A stretch of DNA of 63,970 bases, the filler included, from Circinaria calcarea (Eukaryota): the NCBI GenBank assembly GCA_051942165.1. It is 6 parts of 6 records of this genome, joined end to end, with 100 filler letters (N's around TTAATTAATTAA, not from the genome) between each part and the next. Parts side by side here need not be neighbours in the genome. Positions count along the whole stretch, not along the records: positions 32,072 to 42,653 come from JAVECS010000792.1; positions 42,754 to 53,320 come from JAVECS010000793.1; 4 more parts are not named here. One strand, written 5' to 3'. Shown piece by piece: positions 37,811 to 50,049 of the stretch. Both the position numbers and the translations under genes were made by a program. Under the pieces are notes generated by a model. It was not told where the DNA came from. It did no database searches and was given only the letters and a program-made list of their open reading frames with translations. Within the stretch, counting starts at the first letter, position 1. Each line of letters opens with the position of its first letter.

Positions 37811-39770
37811 AAAGACGGCATGGTGATTAGAGCAGTTCGTACCCGCTTTTCCTAACGAAAGAAAGACTTGGACGAATTGAAAGCTCTAGGCATGATCCGA
37901 ATCCTTACGACAATGGCTATTCGAATAATCGAGTAGCCTATCAAGACCCCCCACCCCCCGAATTGTGGCGGTTCGCAGAGAAGATGAAGAAGGTTAACGA
38001 GGGCATGCAAAGTGAGTTCGGGGGAAGATGTGGAAATTGGAGCCGCCAACAGTGAAACATCAGAGAAGCTTGTGTTTTGTTACGCCCGGAAACCACACCG
38101 TCCGTCTTAAGTCATCGCAGGCATTTGTCTCCGCCACGAACCACGTTAAGAGTGCAGAGGTTTCCAGAGGTAGTATTACACTTGTTCGTCGGATTGGCCT
38201 TGCGCTGGATTACTCTGTGATTAACGCGTTTTCGGCTTTCCCTTACCGATATTGGCGCATAACCTCCGAGTCACGGGTTGGAGCAAAAGAGAAAGAACAA
38301 GACAAGCCGCGGTCCTTCCACGATTCCTCACCAATAATAATTACGCCAACGTGCAATCTATGTCTTTATATCCCTATGAGTTGACAGCTGTCAGCTTAGA
38401 TGTGAATCTGGAAGGGTCGGAAACACTGGATGGAATCTTAGACGAAGAGGATCAGGCGAAAGTGTCGGCAGCACAGGATCGATATATTTACTTCTACTGC
38501 TGCCGCTGACACGTCTACCACTGCTACCAGACCCAAGGATAATAATACATCAAAAGGAGTTCCAAGAAATGGAGGACCACCGGCTGTTTCTGCGATTACA
38601 CAATATATACCCAGAAATTTCGCGAAAGAATGACGACGCTATCGAATGAGAGAGACGCTCTATCTCTAACCCTAAATACCTTGCGGAAATAGGCAACGAG
38701 AAATGGTTGCCGATTCTTGATCCAAAAAGGTTCAAATCTCGTATTTTGAAAATCGTGTATCCACGGTAAGATCGAGCAATGACTGTTGGCATTCCCAAAT
38801 TGGGTTTCTTGAAAACTAACCGATAAAAGCGACTACGGGTACCACGGGGACACTTATATGAGTGATCCCAATAACCAAGGTGACAAAAAAAAAAAAAACT
38901 ACTACCAAATTGAAAGGAGGAAAAGGAGAAGTATGCTACGGAATTGAAGAAGTGGAAATGGAGACATGCCGCCGAGTCTTAAAAGGCCGAAAGGAGAAGC
39001 ATGCTTTCGATTCGGAAGAGGAAGAAGGCTCGAATCGTTGCAGAAGCGTAAATATCTCGCATCGTGGAGACCGAACGTCTTGTGGAGCAGAATCTAGGCA
39101 AAAATACGAACGCCGAGAGAAAGAACGTAGGGGTGAGGGTTCTTCGGTCCGTGGAGGGAATTATAAAAGCAGAAGAATACGATCAAGCCACGTACTAATC
39201 GAAAGACCGCATTTGGGAGGGAAATTGAATGGTTTTAAATCGAGAGCCAAGCATACTGTATGCCGAACTCCATGCCGAATCTCTGTATGCAGAAGTTCTG
39301 TACTACCCGTATTAGTAGTAGCGCGGGTTGCAGAGTTTTCCCCTTTACTTCGCACTTTGCGAACTATTCACGTTACACAATATATCGACTATTGCGTACA
39401 CATTGAATACCGTCTTGATGCATTACTTAAGTCACTCCCTGCTAAACCTTTAACAAATGGGTTGAAGCTATCGAATTATTATGGATGTGCAGTATAGTAT
39501 TTAGTATGCTCTATTTCTCCAGATGCTCAGCAGAACTAGTCTACTTGACCGGTACGCGAAGGGGATAAGCTTTGAGTGCGGAGAGAAAGGATCTTTGTGA
39601 AGGAGATGAGCTCGAGTTAATGCATTGATATAAGGATTATGCTTCATTGGCGTAGCACTGTTGAGAGTCTTTGCCACGGGGCAGAGGATAAACCCGATAT
39701 GAAATCTAGACCGTTATTCCAGCGGAATGGAATCTGCCTTTAACTCGAGTATCTGTATATTTCGGACTAT

Positions 39771-39847
39771 TGCCCTGAAACCAAAGGGAACGACGTTGAA
39801 GGGTTTAAATCTGGGCACGACCCGGTCCGATCCGAGCAGAATTCTGC
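39771..39847. repeat. Short dispersed repeat shared with 58967-59043
   Basis: tgccctgaaaccaaagggaacgacgttgaagggtttaaatctgggc versus tgccctaaaacgaagtgaaacgaagtggaagggtttaatttgggc. Confidence 0.6.
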
Positions 39848-40004
39848 TGGGAGTCGCAGCGAAACATTTAAAGTGGCCGTAAAGGGTTTATTTTTTACGC
39901 TTTTCGGCCTAGCTTCTTTACCTCTTTGGGCCTTAGCTCTTACCTTTTTAAGAAGGTCGTAGAATGCTCGATTATACACTCTCTATGCATATATAGAGGA
40001 CTGA

Positions 40005-40097
40005 TATACTGCGTGCTCTTTCCATACTATGATGTGTGCTCTTTCCATACTATACTGCGTGCTATGCTATGCTGCGTGCTATGCCATACTCCATACG
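40005..40097. repeat. Imperfect tandem repeat (~23-bp unit, tgcgtgctctttccatactat-like)
   Basis: Three to four degenerate units visible directly. Confidence 0.6.
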
Positions 40098-40469
40098 CTA
40101 GACTTCAATAGCAGCTCTATATAAAGGTGCTAGGAGCAGCGAGATCTGTATAAGGGAATCGTTAAAGGGGTTGCTTTGTATCGGGCCTAATTTATTTATA
40201 TCTGTGCCATGGACTTGGTTTACTCCCGCTTTACCATCTATAACATGTTACCGGACACTCCCATCCGCCTGAAGTGGCGTATTCGTTTTCGCCCTAGGTA
40301 TTCTCCGATTCTCTCCATATTCTGGACCGCCTTTGGGCTGCAAGGTCATGTTTTCCGGGACATAGGCTTTGCCTCCAAATGGTTTGGAAGACCAAGTGCA
40401 GTAATAAGAAGAAAATCCTTTGATGGAAGGCAAGATGTCGGTGATGGCACATCAGCACCCTATGAGTTA

Positions 40470-41327
40470 CTAACTTGCATTCTTCCTTCCTAACGCAATC
40501 CAAGCCACCATCTTGAGTCCTACCTTCCCGTTCGACTCGACAATGAAGCGCTCCCTCTGTTCTCTCATCACCCTCCCAGTCACGTCCCCAATCCTTCCCC
40601 TCTCCTCTTCACTCCATTCCTTCCCGACCATATCTTTTAAATGAATCGTCAGGTTTTCCACCATCTCATCCAAGTCATCCTGCACCAACATAACCTCCTG
40701 AACCTCAACCTTTACATCCGTAAACCCACCCGCCGTCATCGTCTCCTCAAGAGTTTCCTTCTTCATCCACCTCTCGAGCAGCTGCATGGCCATGGGCTTC
40801 GCCGGCTCCACCAACTTTTGCACCTCGTAGAAGATGGGCACAAAGGCAATCTCCTTCCAGCACGTCACCGCCGCCGTCCCCGTAGGCTTCAGGGTCCGGT
40901 AAACCTCCCGCGCGCCTTTAGCCGGGTCCGGGAAGAAGAAGATCCCAAAGCTCGTGACGCTGACGTCGAACGTCTCATCCGGAAACTTGAGATTCAATCC
41001 GTCCATGACTTCGGCTTCGACACGGCCTTGCCACCGCTCCTCCTGGACGATAGACTGCATGATCTCAATCATGCCGGGCGATCCATCCACGGCACGAACA
41101 CGAACATCATCAGCGGAGCTCTTCAGCAGCGCGCGGGTGAAAGCTCCGGTGCCGCATGCGTTATCTAGAACGAGGCCTTTCGGAGGCAGAGAAGGCGTGA
41201 GGAGAGAAACGAGATGGGCGGCGACAGCATGAGTCGAGCCGCCGAGCCGACGTTCGTAGTTGTGGGCATGAGAGTTCCAGGAGATAATGAGGTTGGAAGC
41301 GTCTTGCATCAGAGAGCTCGAAGACAT
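40470..41327 (-). CDS. Class I SAM-dependent methyltransferase
   Basis: Single ORF with VLDNACGTG, AVDGSPGMI, FPDETFD, EVYRTLKPTG. Confidence 0.92.
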   Translation of the reverse strand: MSSSSLMQDASNLIISWNSHAHNYERRLGGSTHAVAAHLVSLLTPSLPPKGLVLDNACGTGAFTRALLKSSADDVRVRAVDGSPGMIEIMQSIVQEERWQGRVEAEVMDGLNLKFPDETFDVSVTSFGIFFFPDPAKGAREVYRTLKPTGTAAVTCWKEIAFVPIFYEVQKLVEPAKPMAMQLLERWMKKETLEETMTAGGFTDVKVEVQEVMLVQDDLDEMVENLTIHLKDMVGKEWSEEERGRIGDVTGRVMREQRERFIVESNGKVGLKMVAWIALGRKNAS

Positions 41328-41896
41328 GATTAATATTTTCCCCTAGATAGGCGTCACGATCGATAGAAAGCAAGTTTGCTTTGGTTTCTTTCCTACTTTC
41401 TTGACCGGTCGTTCTCTCTCTTTTAGATCGAGTAAAGTGTGGGTTCGGTATCTCATATAGGACCTGTACACGTATTGTCCTCCTTGTTTTCTTGGCACTG
41501 TTTGAACCAGATCCGCGTAAGTTGCTGATAGGGAGGCTGGCTTCGTGTTAGAAAGGAGACGACAATACAGCGGTGGACGGGTTTGAACCCTTCCCTTACA
41601 TCGCATCTTGTCGGGTAGTATAGGACAGGACGGATGGTCCGCAATGCATCAAATCCGCTAGCTTGATTTGATACCGTGCCGGCTCCCTGCATTTCGGTTA
41701 CGCTTATGGCTTGCCACCCTCCCCTCTGCTGGTGGGTGCAGACGGTAGGCAGGTAACATGACCATAACATAGGCTATCAAGCGGAGAATGGCTACGGCGA
41801 TGAACACTCGTCCACCCACCGTGCATGTACTCCCTACGAGACGAATGCTCCAGACATGATATCTGTAAAATAAACTCTAATATAGCTCTACATAAG

Positions 41897-42106
41897 CTAG
41901 GCCTTCGACTTTAATCTCGACCCAACTTTGGTAATTCTCGCTGCGAGCATACAAATCCCTGAGATTGTAACTGACAACCCACAACACACCTGTACTCCCA
42001 CCCAGCTCCGTTCACCTCTGAGTATAACGCCAGCAACAGGAGTGCCAATCAACAGGCCGAACCCTGTGAAGGCGAAAGTCATGCCCATTCTTGTTCCCAA
42101 CGTGCT
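41897..42106 (-). pseudogene. Orphan last exon of an MFS monocarboxylate (Mch-like) transporter
   Basis: LGTRMGMTFAFTGFGLLIGTPVAGVIL...W.GVQV resembles the final helices of fungal MCT-type MFS proteins. No upstream MFS exons before the contig end. Confidence 0.7.
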
Positions 42107-42152
42107 TGTTCAGTGGCCCTATTACGTCAGCAGCTATGTGAGGGATAATGCG

Positions 42153-42342
42153 TTGTCTCAGAAATCTCAAACTACTTTTACTTCGCTGCCGCGTATTTTT
42201 CGGAATAATTGTATTTAATTAATAGATACTAAAAATAATATGCGCGCGAAATATAATTTAAGAATAATATTTTTTTTTATTATATAGTTATTCCGAAAAA
42301 TACGCGGCAGCGAAGCAAAAGCAGTCTAGGATTCTGAGATAA
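42153..42342. mobile_element. MITE-like element with ~55-bp terminal inverted repeats
   Basis: Left ctcagaaatctcaaactacttttacttcgctgccgcgtatttttcggaataa; reverse complement of the right end ctcagaatcctagactgcttttgcttcgctgccgcgtatttttcggaataa. AT-rich non-coding core. Confidence 0.85.
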
Positions 42343-42653
42343 TTATGCCCCGATTTATTCCGACCCGGCGCGCTAGTCGTGGGCAAGGCCGACACGCCCT
42401 TGAGGACTAGCAAGCTGATTAGCTGAAGCATCGAAATATCCATAGCTTGGGTCTTTATAGCCTCATGTACGCACCTGATACCTTATGTCTCTATGCATTG
42501 GCTCCCGAGATGAGACAACTTCGCCAACGTTGCAAACAGTACTCGGAGACTTTTGCTGAAAAAGCATGTGACCGACTGAAATAGAAGAGGAGTGCGGTTG
42601 CAGCCGGTCTCAGCCTATCCCCTTCGACTGTGGCTGTGGCAGCCTGAACCGTG

Positions 42654-42753
42654 NNNNNNNNNNNNNNNNNNNNNNNNNNNNNNNNNNNNNNNNNNNNTTA
42701 ATTAATTAANNNNNNNNNNNNNNNNNNNNNNNNNNNNNNNNNNNNNNNNNNNN
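42654..42753. other. Artificial contig spacer
   Basis: Same linker. Confidence 0.99.
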
Positions 42754-43099
42754 AGTAGAGGCAGAAGGGGGGCATACGGGGTGGCAGATAGGGGACGGGA
42801 ACGGAAGTGGGGATGAGGCAGGATGAGCTTGAATGTAAAATGGTCCACTGATGACTGCATACACTGACCCATCAGACCAGCGAGAGAAACGACAGTGGAA
42901 GAGGTGCTCGAGCATAAAAATAACGACTCGATGGAGGAGAACGGGCAGGTTAGGTAACGTAAAGTAGCAGGAACCTTTTCACTACGCAAGCTGCCGACGA
43001 CCTGTATCAGGGCGATGCAGTCTTGAGTAGATACATCGTAGTTTTTGGATTCTTATTCTATGCTCTATACCTGAATTATCTTCGCAGCCTGTAGAGACA

Positions 43100-45165
43100 A
43101 AAGTCCCATCACCCAGTTGCTCCGGTAGATGAGAAAATTGGGCTGTTGGGAAAAGGGTTCGTACGGACGGGTATTCTACATCATGGCATTCTGGACGACG
43201 AACAAATCCCAACATGTTTCTTGCATTTCACAGTCTTCTACCACGGTCTATATACGCTCGTCTCCTCCCTTCTCTAATCCGCTATCTCCTCATCCTTATC
43301 TCCTTCAATCATTTTGCTTTGTCCCTGCTGAGATTTCCAAACTTTATATACATGAAACCCTCCCCCCTTCCCATGTCGTGCAATACTCATCGTGACCAAA
43401 GGTGGCTTGAGCGCCCTTATCGATGATAATCACCGTTGCTTCAAACGGCTTCGCAGCCTTGTTCCAGCCCGGAATTGGTGCATGTGGTTATCAGTATATT
43501 CGCAGCCATAATAGTCCGCTTTTCAAGTACCTTTCAAATATTTACAAAATATTACTGGTTCTCTTCCCTGAGCGGCTCGACATTATCTTTGAGCTGTCGA
43601 ATTAATTCCTTTGTATCCTCTCATAATTTTGAATGGTTTCTCGAGAGTGCGCCCTCGAGCTCTATGGGTCCACCGCTATCACAGTGTCTATACGAGGGTG
43701 GTCGATGTCAGCTCTCAACGTGATCATTTTAATCTGGCCTCTATAATAAGTGAAGACAAAGATCTGGTGTTCTTTGATGCCGTGGTCAATCATACACCTG
43801 ACGAGCTTGGGTATCACGTCGGCGTTGGGGTGGTTCTGGAGAGAAGTTCCCTGTGACTCCACTCTTGATCGCCCGTTGACGACATCAATAAGAAAATACT
43901 CGGATCCAGGACTCGCTGTTCGGCCTCGTCCCTTGCAAGTAGAAATCCGCAAAAGTCTTTGCCATTGTTCCGGGATCAGAGGTGACAACCCTACCAAACC
44001 AAGGGCTACTGTTCAGATTTGCGAAGGTTACCCGCCAAAGTCCAGATATGACTTTCCCCTCTGAGCGCAGCATTTCCTTGAAGCCTTTATTATTGGGCGT
44101 CAAGTAGATATAGGCCCTGAATGTTTTATTGAATTCATTCTTGACCTTTCGAGGCACACGATTCGATGCCATATCCTTAACCGTGACGCCCTCGGTCAGG
44201 CGGGCCACTTCCTCTGACAGACGCTTACCAGCTGAACACGATGGGGTCATATGCCCAAGTGCATGACCTGGCCTTGCTGGAACAGGGCCTCTCTGACTGC
44301 TCCTACGTCTATTAACAGACTAAGTGTGGACTCAATTAGCTCATGTCTTGATACTCATCTAAAGTAAACTAATAAGCGTCCCAGATCTTTTAAAAGAGGG
44401 GTGGTGTTCGATACATATATCTTTGAACTATATAACCAGTGCTCATGTTTTGGTGGGAGCGTCAACATGCGGGTCTTGTAAGCACCTTAGGGGTCCTCAT
44501 CCACAAACGTTTGGAGTCGAGCACGTCGTTCGTCACTAGTAGCCATCCTGTTATACTGGTTGGTCTATGTGCTTCAAGCTTGTTCTATAGCGTGAAGAGT
44601 TATCGATTGGGTTGAGGTCTGCTTCTGGAAATGGCAAGATGCCTGCGACTCCACTCTTGAATGTCTATTAGCTTCATCGACGAGGGAGTATTCGGACCCG
44701 CTTCGTTTTTTCCTACGGAAAGATAGATAGTACCAACCAATGCTCATCTACCAAAAGGATAATTAGCCTTAGGGACATTTACAAAGGCGAGTGGTCCTGC
44801 GTACATATATGTCGTGATTGATTCTTTATGTTGCCTTTGAAGTGTGCGATGGTGAACTGCCTCCAGCTCTGAGATCTCATCCAATTCTTCTTGGATGCGC
44901 CAAGTTGATAACCGGGCTATTCGGTACGTCTTACTAACTGCTTCTTCCAACTAGAGCTCATCTGGAAAGAAAAGGTATCAGCGTCCTAGGACTTTTATAA
45001 AGGTGGGCGGTATTACTTACATATAGTATGTTTTGACTTTGGAAACGCTCTAATTCGTCTAAATGTTTCCTTATGCTGAAGGCCTCAATCTGCTGATACT
45101 AAACCCGCCAATAGTAAATCAGAGGCTTTTGCTACCCTGCGTTGTCGCAGCACATACGAGTCATG
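43100..45165 (-). pseudogene. Decayed Upf1/DNA2/NAM7-like SF1 helicase
   Basis: Ordered remnants: LVCAAT (motif Ia-like, ~45150), SLVDEA (motif II, ~44680), YFLIDVVNG...N..NA..IPKLV...GI...IFVFTYYRGQ (AAA_12-like) and GFVRR near 43200. Many stops and frameshifts. Confidence 0.65.
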
Positions 45166-45175
45166 TTGCAGAGGC

Positions 45176-45958
45176 CTATAAATATTGGCGTCCTATTCGC
45201 CTTGCTTTCCTCAAAGTGAGAAGTCCCTGCGTCTCTTCATCATCTTTTCCTGGTCTGTGGGTGTCCACCGCTTCCGTCGCAAGGTCGACCTGTTTCATCA
45301 GGCTGGCAGTTTTCCTATAATTCTCATTGACCTTTTCGTTCAGAATAAGGTCAGTCTTCGCCTTAAAAGCCTTCGTACCAGGCTGTTTGATAAAGCGCAC
45401 TTGTCAAGCGCTTATTGATGCTGTTGCTAATTTGGGATAGTTTAAAACAAGTAAACGGATCATTCGAATAGCTCCTTTAGAGCCTTCGACATAAGATTTG
45501 ACCTTGATCTCTGCCTCTTTTACAATTTGGGAATATGCTACTTCCACTATCACACCTGGAAATCGAGCTTTAATGTGTCGGAATGACCCATCAGGCGATT
45601 TTTCAAAGCTGTTCCCGTGGAGTTGAAGATTGATACTACTATGGCTGATACAGCGGATTGCCTGAGCGTACTCGGCGGCTGCATCAGTACCTCTGCAAAG
45701 CACTTCCACACCTTCTACAATGAGTATGAGCCGGCTGTAATCCCTGTGTAGTTCCAATCGCCTTGCGATCGCGTCGATATTGACTATATCGAGATCCGGT
45801 CTTCCGGTCTGATTTTGTTCGCGTATCTCCATATCAAAGCGCCATGGCGTGATCATGGGAGAGTTGGTCCTTTCCTGGCTGTGGCATAGTGGCCTGCCAA
45901 GCCATGAGGTTGGGAACATCGTTAGACGACATTGCAGAATACCAAACGGATGAAGCAT
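45176..45958 (-). pseudogene. Fungal PD-(D/E)xK nuclease-like gene with in-frame stop
   Basis: SPDGSF...FPGVIVEVAYSQ...YVEGSKGAI motif. The frame continues through a TGA at 45404-45406 (probably from TGG). Confidence 0.6.
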
Positions 45959-46284
45959 TTAGGTAAAGAGATGCGGGACACAGAAGGACGAGGGCCCAGG
46001 AGGGGAGCGAACAGAGAAAAAGAAAAAAGAGGAGGAGGCTGTCTCATATATATGCAACAAAGGGTGTGTGGCGCCGGCCTTGGAAAATGAAGGCCAGCGG
46101 TGCAGAGGGTGTCGGAACACCTGGAGGACCAAATCATCTTGATGTATTACAATGCGAAAGATTATCAGAGGAGGAGGAAGCGGTCGAAGAGGAAAGAGAA
46201 AGGAGGACAGAATTTATTCGCTTTGTTTCGAAATCTTCTACAGCGCTGACTGGTTGTACTTGTACCGAGTAGTAAGGTTTTTCC

Positions 46285-46557
46285 CTAGGCTGCATGCGAA
46301 CATAAAGAAACAAGCCGTTCACCCACGGGGAGTCCTGTACAATCCCATGCAGAATGTGTGTCCACCTTGCAAACCAAACATTTAGCCCCACCTATCGGTC
46401 CACCATCCCCCTCCGTATCCTCCGAGTCCGAGACGTCATGTTCCCTAGCCTGTATGGGGAGATTTTTTTCCTTGCGTTTCCTCTCTTTTACGCTTCGCGC
46501 GGGTGCTTTTCGGAGCGGATACAGATTTGTGTCTTTGGTCGACACACCGCCACGCAA
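46285..46557 (-). pseudogene. ORF remnant with CCHC zinc knuckle
   Basis: CLVCKVDTHSAWDC is an exact CX2CX4HX4C at 46339-46380, preceded by basic and acidic low-complexity sequence. Confidence 0.5.
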
Positions 46558-46984
46558 CCCGTTGTTGGGTTGCTGGTAGATGAAATGGCTGTCGAACTCT
46601 TGACCGACTTCTTGGACTTCTTCTTAGGCGAGGCATCCGGAGGCGACGAACCATTCTAGAGCTCACCCCCCATCCTGCTACGTTTCCTCTTTATGACCTC
46701 TTCCTCGGAAACCCCCTCTTGCGTCACAAGCCTTCCGGTGCCCGTCAACCACCAGGTGCTTGCCGTATTATTTTTATCGGCGGGGGAAACCGATATACCA
46801 CCTGCCAGTCCGCGTGGTGCCGTTATTAAAGGTATACACCTTTAACTCTACCCCGCGGATAAGCTCATCCTCCCCGGGAATCTCACCCGATTCCTCGGCG
46901 GTGTCCATTTCATCCCGGCCGTCGGTTTCTGACCTCGATTCGCTGGTTATGGCGATATCTGTACATCTCGAGGAAAGGGTTGTC

Positions 46985-47102
46985 TCATATATATGTGTGG
47001 GTCGAAGAGAGAGAGAATGTGTGTGTATGTAAGCGTTTGTATATGTGTATGTGTCAGTATATGTATGAGAGTGTGCAAGAGGATATATGTACGTGTATAT
47101 AT
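46985..47102. repeat. Compound TA/TG/GA microsatellite-like tract
   Basis: atatatatgtgtg...gagagaga...tgtgtgtgtatgt...atatatgtacgtgtatata. Confidence 0.6.
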
Positions 47103-48121
47103 TTCTGATTAAGTAAGTGAGGGAAAAAGCAAGCGAACAAGGAAGCAAAGCTTCAACACCCACCTCCAACTCGGGAAGCCTGCTGACTGTTGGATGCAGA
47201 CGGAAAACTTCCCTAGGGGCGGGGGAAAACAGCGCCGTATGAAGCCCAGGATGACGGGCAGTGAAGCAAGAACGGCTAATGAATCCTGGCGTGAAGGGAT
47301 GGGTGAATGCGATTTCCATGAGTGTTGTGGAACTTCGTGTTGGGAAGATGAGTGGGTGAATTGGGGGGGTGAATGGAAGGGAAAGGGGAAAAGGGAAAAA
47401 GAGAAAAGAGGGGTTTGAATTCCTAGATTTGTAGCTCTATTGTACTCGTATATGCTCGTTAAACCCTTCCAATACCGAGTTCAATTCGACTCCAGTGCAA
47501 CAACGACAGTAGGGCAATTTAAGGAACCGAGGCGAGGCAATTAAATCAGTCGCAGGGCGAAGGTGACGATAAATATATACTGGCTATTCGCCTCAATTAA
47601 ATGGAGAATTAGAGTAGATTTTTGTAGCCCGTTTAAGCTTAGTATATTTGCGTTACGTTTAAAAATGGGAAGAGATTGAGAAGTTTATATATGATTGCAA
47701 TGCTTGATCGACATACCTATTTTCTTAAACCCAACAAATTTTCCCCTTTACAGACGCATTTCATGACAAGTTTAGAAAGGAAGTTCAGAGCACTATTGGA
47801 AGTTATAGGGCTTACCGGATCACGTGTTACCTTCGGGTAACGCGTGGTCCATGCTCTACACTCTCCACACCCCATAAAAGCATTTTTCGTAGCGTAGGTA
47901 GCTTAACTAGTTACACACTCAGGTAGTAATGTCACCATACATATTGCTGCTCAACAAGCACGACCATAAAGTTTCTTTCCAAATCTTTTTCGTAACCAGC
48001 AACTCAAAGCAGTATTGTCTGTGTTTATCCTGACAACTGTGCGCGCACACGCAGGGCCTTTGTCATCACTACTCAGCGGAAGGATCCCGGGACTGGCGCA
48101 ATTGACGCTGAAGTCGAGGAT

Positions 48122-50049
48122 ATGGATTTTATTACAGCTCCTTCTCAATTATCTCAGATGAGTATGTTTACGAGAACCTTGTAATCCGAATGAGCTAAGA
48201 TATTTCCTCTGCAGGCACCGTCGATGAGTACAACGCGAGATTGGATCCTAGAAGGGTTGGATTTCCCCATCATCCGCTGTCCTTTCCAATAGCGACCAGC
48301 TCAGTGACAGATCGGCGAGTCCGCGATGAGTATAACTCACAGCACCCTTGTCTCACTCAAATACTCAAAGAGCATCATATCAAGCCTTCCTACATCGACC
48401 TTTTGACTTGTTGGAAGTTTGACGGGCCTAAAAACCCCACGATCCAGATCTATACCCGCGCCCAGAATCATAAGCAATGGTGGAACATCGCCAGAGAGAT
48501 TCATGGGCTTTTCCCACAGGATCTGGGTCAGGACCTTCAAATCGAACTGCTGCATGATGATTATATTCATCATCATACCTTTGCCGATCCAGTCGAGCTA
48601 CAGGATCTTACCGTATTTGAATTCAAGGTACCGGATCTACGCAGATTCTTCCATCGTTATCTTGGAGACGATCACGAAGCCTTTGGAATCTATGTGTGTG
48701 GAGATAAACCCTCCAAGCCCACGCCATTGAGGACGACTCTGATAATATACATCAAGCCGAATGTACGACGTGACTGGGCTACCTTGATCACTTGCACCAA
48801 GGATATATTGTCGACCGATCGAATCGCAATTCGATTGCAGACGGCCCAAATACTTCCGGTAAATCAGCACTCGGAAAAAACCAGCAAAGAACTTTCCCAA
48901 CTCCGTGAAAGTCTTGGGAGGAAATTAAGAAGTGGCGATGGTGTATCTATTCAAGGGGTGGATGGGAAAAGCAGTGATGGTACCGCGGGATTACTCGTGT
49001 TACTCGAGAAAACTTCTCCGCCAGAGAAATACCTTTGCGTATTGACCAATAATCATGTCATCAGCCCCCCCAATCAAACATTACGAGAAAAGGCCGCCAT
49101 TGAAGGCATTTCGCTATCAAAGGACGAAGAAAATGGCCTTGGACAAAAAGTTTGGTACCCTCCTAGAGAGAAACTAAAGGCGTGGTCAGACTTCAACCAA
49201 GCAATCATCGATGAAAACAAAGAGCTCCTTGGTTCTAATATTCTTATGCGTATCGCGAACCCAGTTTTGTTTCGGACAAACCAAACAAAGCGGATACAAA
49301 AGGCCCAAGCAGAAATGAAGCTTATTAATCGATTATTACTTCAGCCAAATTTCGGTCAGGTTCTTGCATCATCAGGACTCAGAAAATGTCTTATCGCGAG
49401 TCATCGCATGATCCCTCATTGTGGATGTGATGATCATTTCTACCGCGATTGGGCTTTAATACACGTTACAAGACCTCATCAAATTGAAAGCTCATTCAAT
49501 ATAGCTCCTTCTGAATTGGAGATCGATAGTCGTGTTAAAAAAGGCGGAACCTTCGCATTCGGTGAGAATTATGAAGTCACACGAATTGATCCCCTAGGAG
49601 ATACCGTACAATATTTGTGCAAGAGAGGAAGCGCCACTGGGGTGACCACGGGCAGATATACGCCTCCCGGCGTCTGGGTGTACATACCGAGTCAATATTT
49701 TCCAACCAGTAATCATGAAGATGATAGCTCGAAGCCCGAGGTGTATTTCCTCGCATATGAGGTCGTGTCACTCGATGAAAATCGAATTGTGGCCCCAGGC
49801 GATTCCGGTTCAATTTTCGTGAATGAGTTTGGAAATGCTGTGGGCCTAACGCACGGCGAGATTATTCAAGGGGGTAACGATAAAGGCCGCCGTGCTTTGA
49901 TGCTGCCTCTGACAGATATCAAAACTGATATCGAAAGACATACTGGATACAAGATGTCTATCGCAATAGAGTCAGCGGTATCCAGCTGGGACCGCTTTTT
50001 GTCCAGACTCTATCCCTCAAATGACCATTCTAACTTTGATAAGCCGTGA
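48122..50049 (+). CDS. Intracellular trypsin-like (clan PA) serine protease with long N-terminal region, NAL1/Ssy5-like
   Basis: Short exon 1 plus intron 48162-48214 joins the 602-aa ORF. Motifs GTAG, LTNNHV (His), DWALI (Asp), KRGSATGVTTG, PGDSGS (Ser), AVGL. No signal peptide. Confidence 0.85.

Noticed and set aside
45370..45400. FIKQPGTK as Walker A of the decayed helicase
   Set aside because: It is in frame with the nuclease-like ORF and lacks GKT/S; more likely that protein's continuation.
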